In this document: piece after piece, positions 29,201-64,000 of the stretch
Position numbering within the stretch: position 1 is the first letter of the stretch
How the letters are laid out: every line of letters begins with the position of its first letter
NCBI GenBank assembly: GCA_964035545.1
Contig: OZ037768.1
Location: forward strand, 868,001-932,000
Reading direction: 5' to 3'
Length of the DNA: 64,000 nucleotides
Origin: Bugula neritina
Lineage: Eukaryota; Animalia; Bryozoa
The notes under the pieces: generated by a model
What the model saw: the letters and a program-made list of their open reading frames with translations, nothing else
Database searches by the model: none
What the model was told of the DNA's origin: nothing
Position numbers and translations under genes: made by a program

Positions 29201-29530
29201 TGTGTGTTACAATATGTTCTTACACTATGTACTTACAATTTGTTGACATAAATGTACATAAACCTAACTGGGTGTATGTCAAATGGCCCTAACTTTTTTA
29301 AATTTTAAGCATACTATTGGAGTTGCACAAGTGCACAACGTTTACTGTTTCCTTTCTCCAAATATTTTATTAAATGGCAAAGAAGTTGATCACCATTTAT
29401 GCTAGTTTTAGTGTTTGTGTTTCTCTCCCAGACTATTGTATGCATATTATTATAATAACACCAAGACTGTAATGTTTTTATAATCACTTTGAGAAATAAC
29501 ACACTCATTCTAGAACTTTCTTTCTTCTAG

Positions 29531-64000
<34,470 letters not shown>

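Overview
AT-rich, intron-containing animal genomic DNA. The Cav1 sequence and gene structure suggest an invertebrate, possibly a lophotrochozoan, but the taxon cannot be fixed from the sequence. I assembled four spliced genes by hand from splice signals and reading frame. (1) The 5' part of a signal-peptide-bearing, His/Asp-rich protein, probably a LIV-1/ZIP zinc transporter (minus strand, runs off the left edge). (2) A complete PDSS1 (plus strand), head-to-head with gene 1. (3) An ankyrin + armadillo repeat (ANKAR-like) gene (minus strand). (4) Most of an L-type Cav1 calcium-channel alpha-1 gene (plus strand, 29531 to beyond 64000), with EEEE filter, NSCaTE-like motif, AID, IQ motif and a U12 AT-AC intron. 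The most interesting system is the apparent alternative splicing of Cav1. It has a duplicated domain IV S4 voltage-sensor exon, one copy carrying the Nav-like RIGRILRL motif; a duplicated IVS1-S2 exon pair; twin 30-nt microexons in the IIIS3-S4 linker that differ only at synonymous sites; and several other in-frame microexons. Each duplicated pair is flanked by complementary intronic segments resembling competing docking/selector RNA pairings. Many introns hold their own minisatellite, often starting at or copying a splice site. One TA-flanked MITE is present. Most short ORFs in the supplied track are repeat or antisense artefacts. All exon models are predictions without transcript data.
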